A stretch of DNA of 64,000 nt from Amoebidium appalachense (Eukaryota; Protista; Ichthyosporea), in contig CAVNZM010000002.1 in assembly GCA_963693365.1 (NCBI GenBank), forward strand, positions 10,410,328 through 10,474,327. Reading direction: 5' to 3'. Both the position numbers and the translations under genes were made by a program. Under the pieces are notes generated by a model. It was not told the DNA's origin. It searched no databases and saw only the letters and a list, made by a program, of their open reading frames with translations. Position 1 is the first letter of the stretch; the number at the start of each line of letters is the position of its first letter. Shown piece after piece: positions 63,562 through 64,000 of this stretch.

Positions 63562-64000
63562 GGTTTGTGTGTGTGCGTGCAAAGGCTGTGCACGTAGCAG
63601 CTATAGAGCCCACCAACTATATATACGGTGTCTGGTTTGTCTTGGTCTGCCGCGCCTGAAAAAAGCAGACAGAGAGCAAGAAAGCAGAAAGAGCATGCCT
63701 GGTCAGCGCCACGTCATCAACATTTCTGTAGCAATCCATCCATTTATATGCACACAATATATCTCTTTTGTTTTTATATGGGCAACTAATTAGAGCCAAG
63801 TATATCTCAAAATCTTATATCATAATGTCTAAAGTTAGTGTATCTATAATTTAGGACATGCCTGGTTTGCGCAAACAGGCTGTATTCTGACTGTCGGACC
63901 GTAGCAGTGACCATCGCTTGGCAGCCAGTTGGAGCAAAGGGGGGCGGGTGGGAGCAGCTCTCCCAGAAGGAGGGGCCGAAGGGGGCATGGGGGGTGGGGG

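Overview
Intron-rich eukaryotic nuclear DNA, heavily loaded with (CA/GT)n, (GA)n and very long G/C homopolymers. The protein sequences suggest an opisthokont, probably a unicellular holozoan such as an ichthyosporean (inference only). Most ORFs in the supplied track are repeat artefacts. I reconstructed six genes by hand from splice sites and frame continuity: (1) an intronless carnosine-synthase-like ATP-grasp ligase (+); (2) V-ATPase V0 subunit d (-, 7 exons, carrying an in-frame TGA, a frameshift and a missing acceptor); (3) a two-finger GATA factor (+, 5 exons); (4) meiotic HOP1/HORMAD with HORMA, PHD, winged helix and closure motif (+, 21 exons, microexons, one GC-AG intron); (5) a Q-rich Plus3 + SP-RING + SIM protein, a candidate transcription-coupled SUMO E3 ligase (-, 5 exons); (6) mitochondrial processing peptidase alpha (-, 12 exons). 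A decayed Penelope-like retroelement with no C-terminal endonuclease sits in a poly(C) tract of a PMPCA intron. There are also several minisatellites and a dispersed retroposon-like 3' end. The best novelty candidates are the Plus3/SP-RING fusion and the polarised, complementary G/GT...C/CA repeat layout of many introns.
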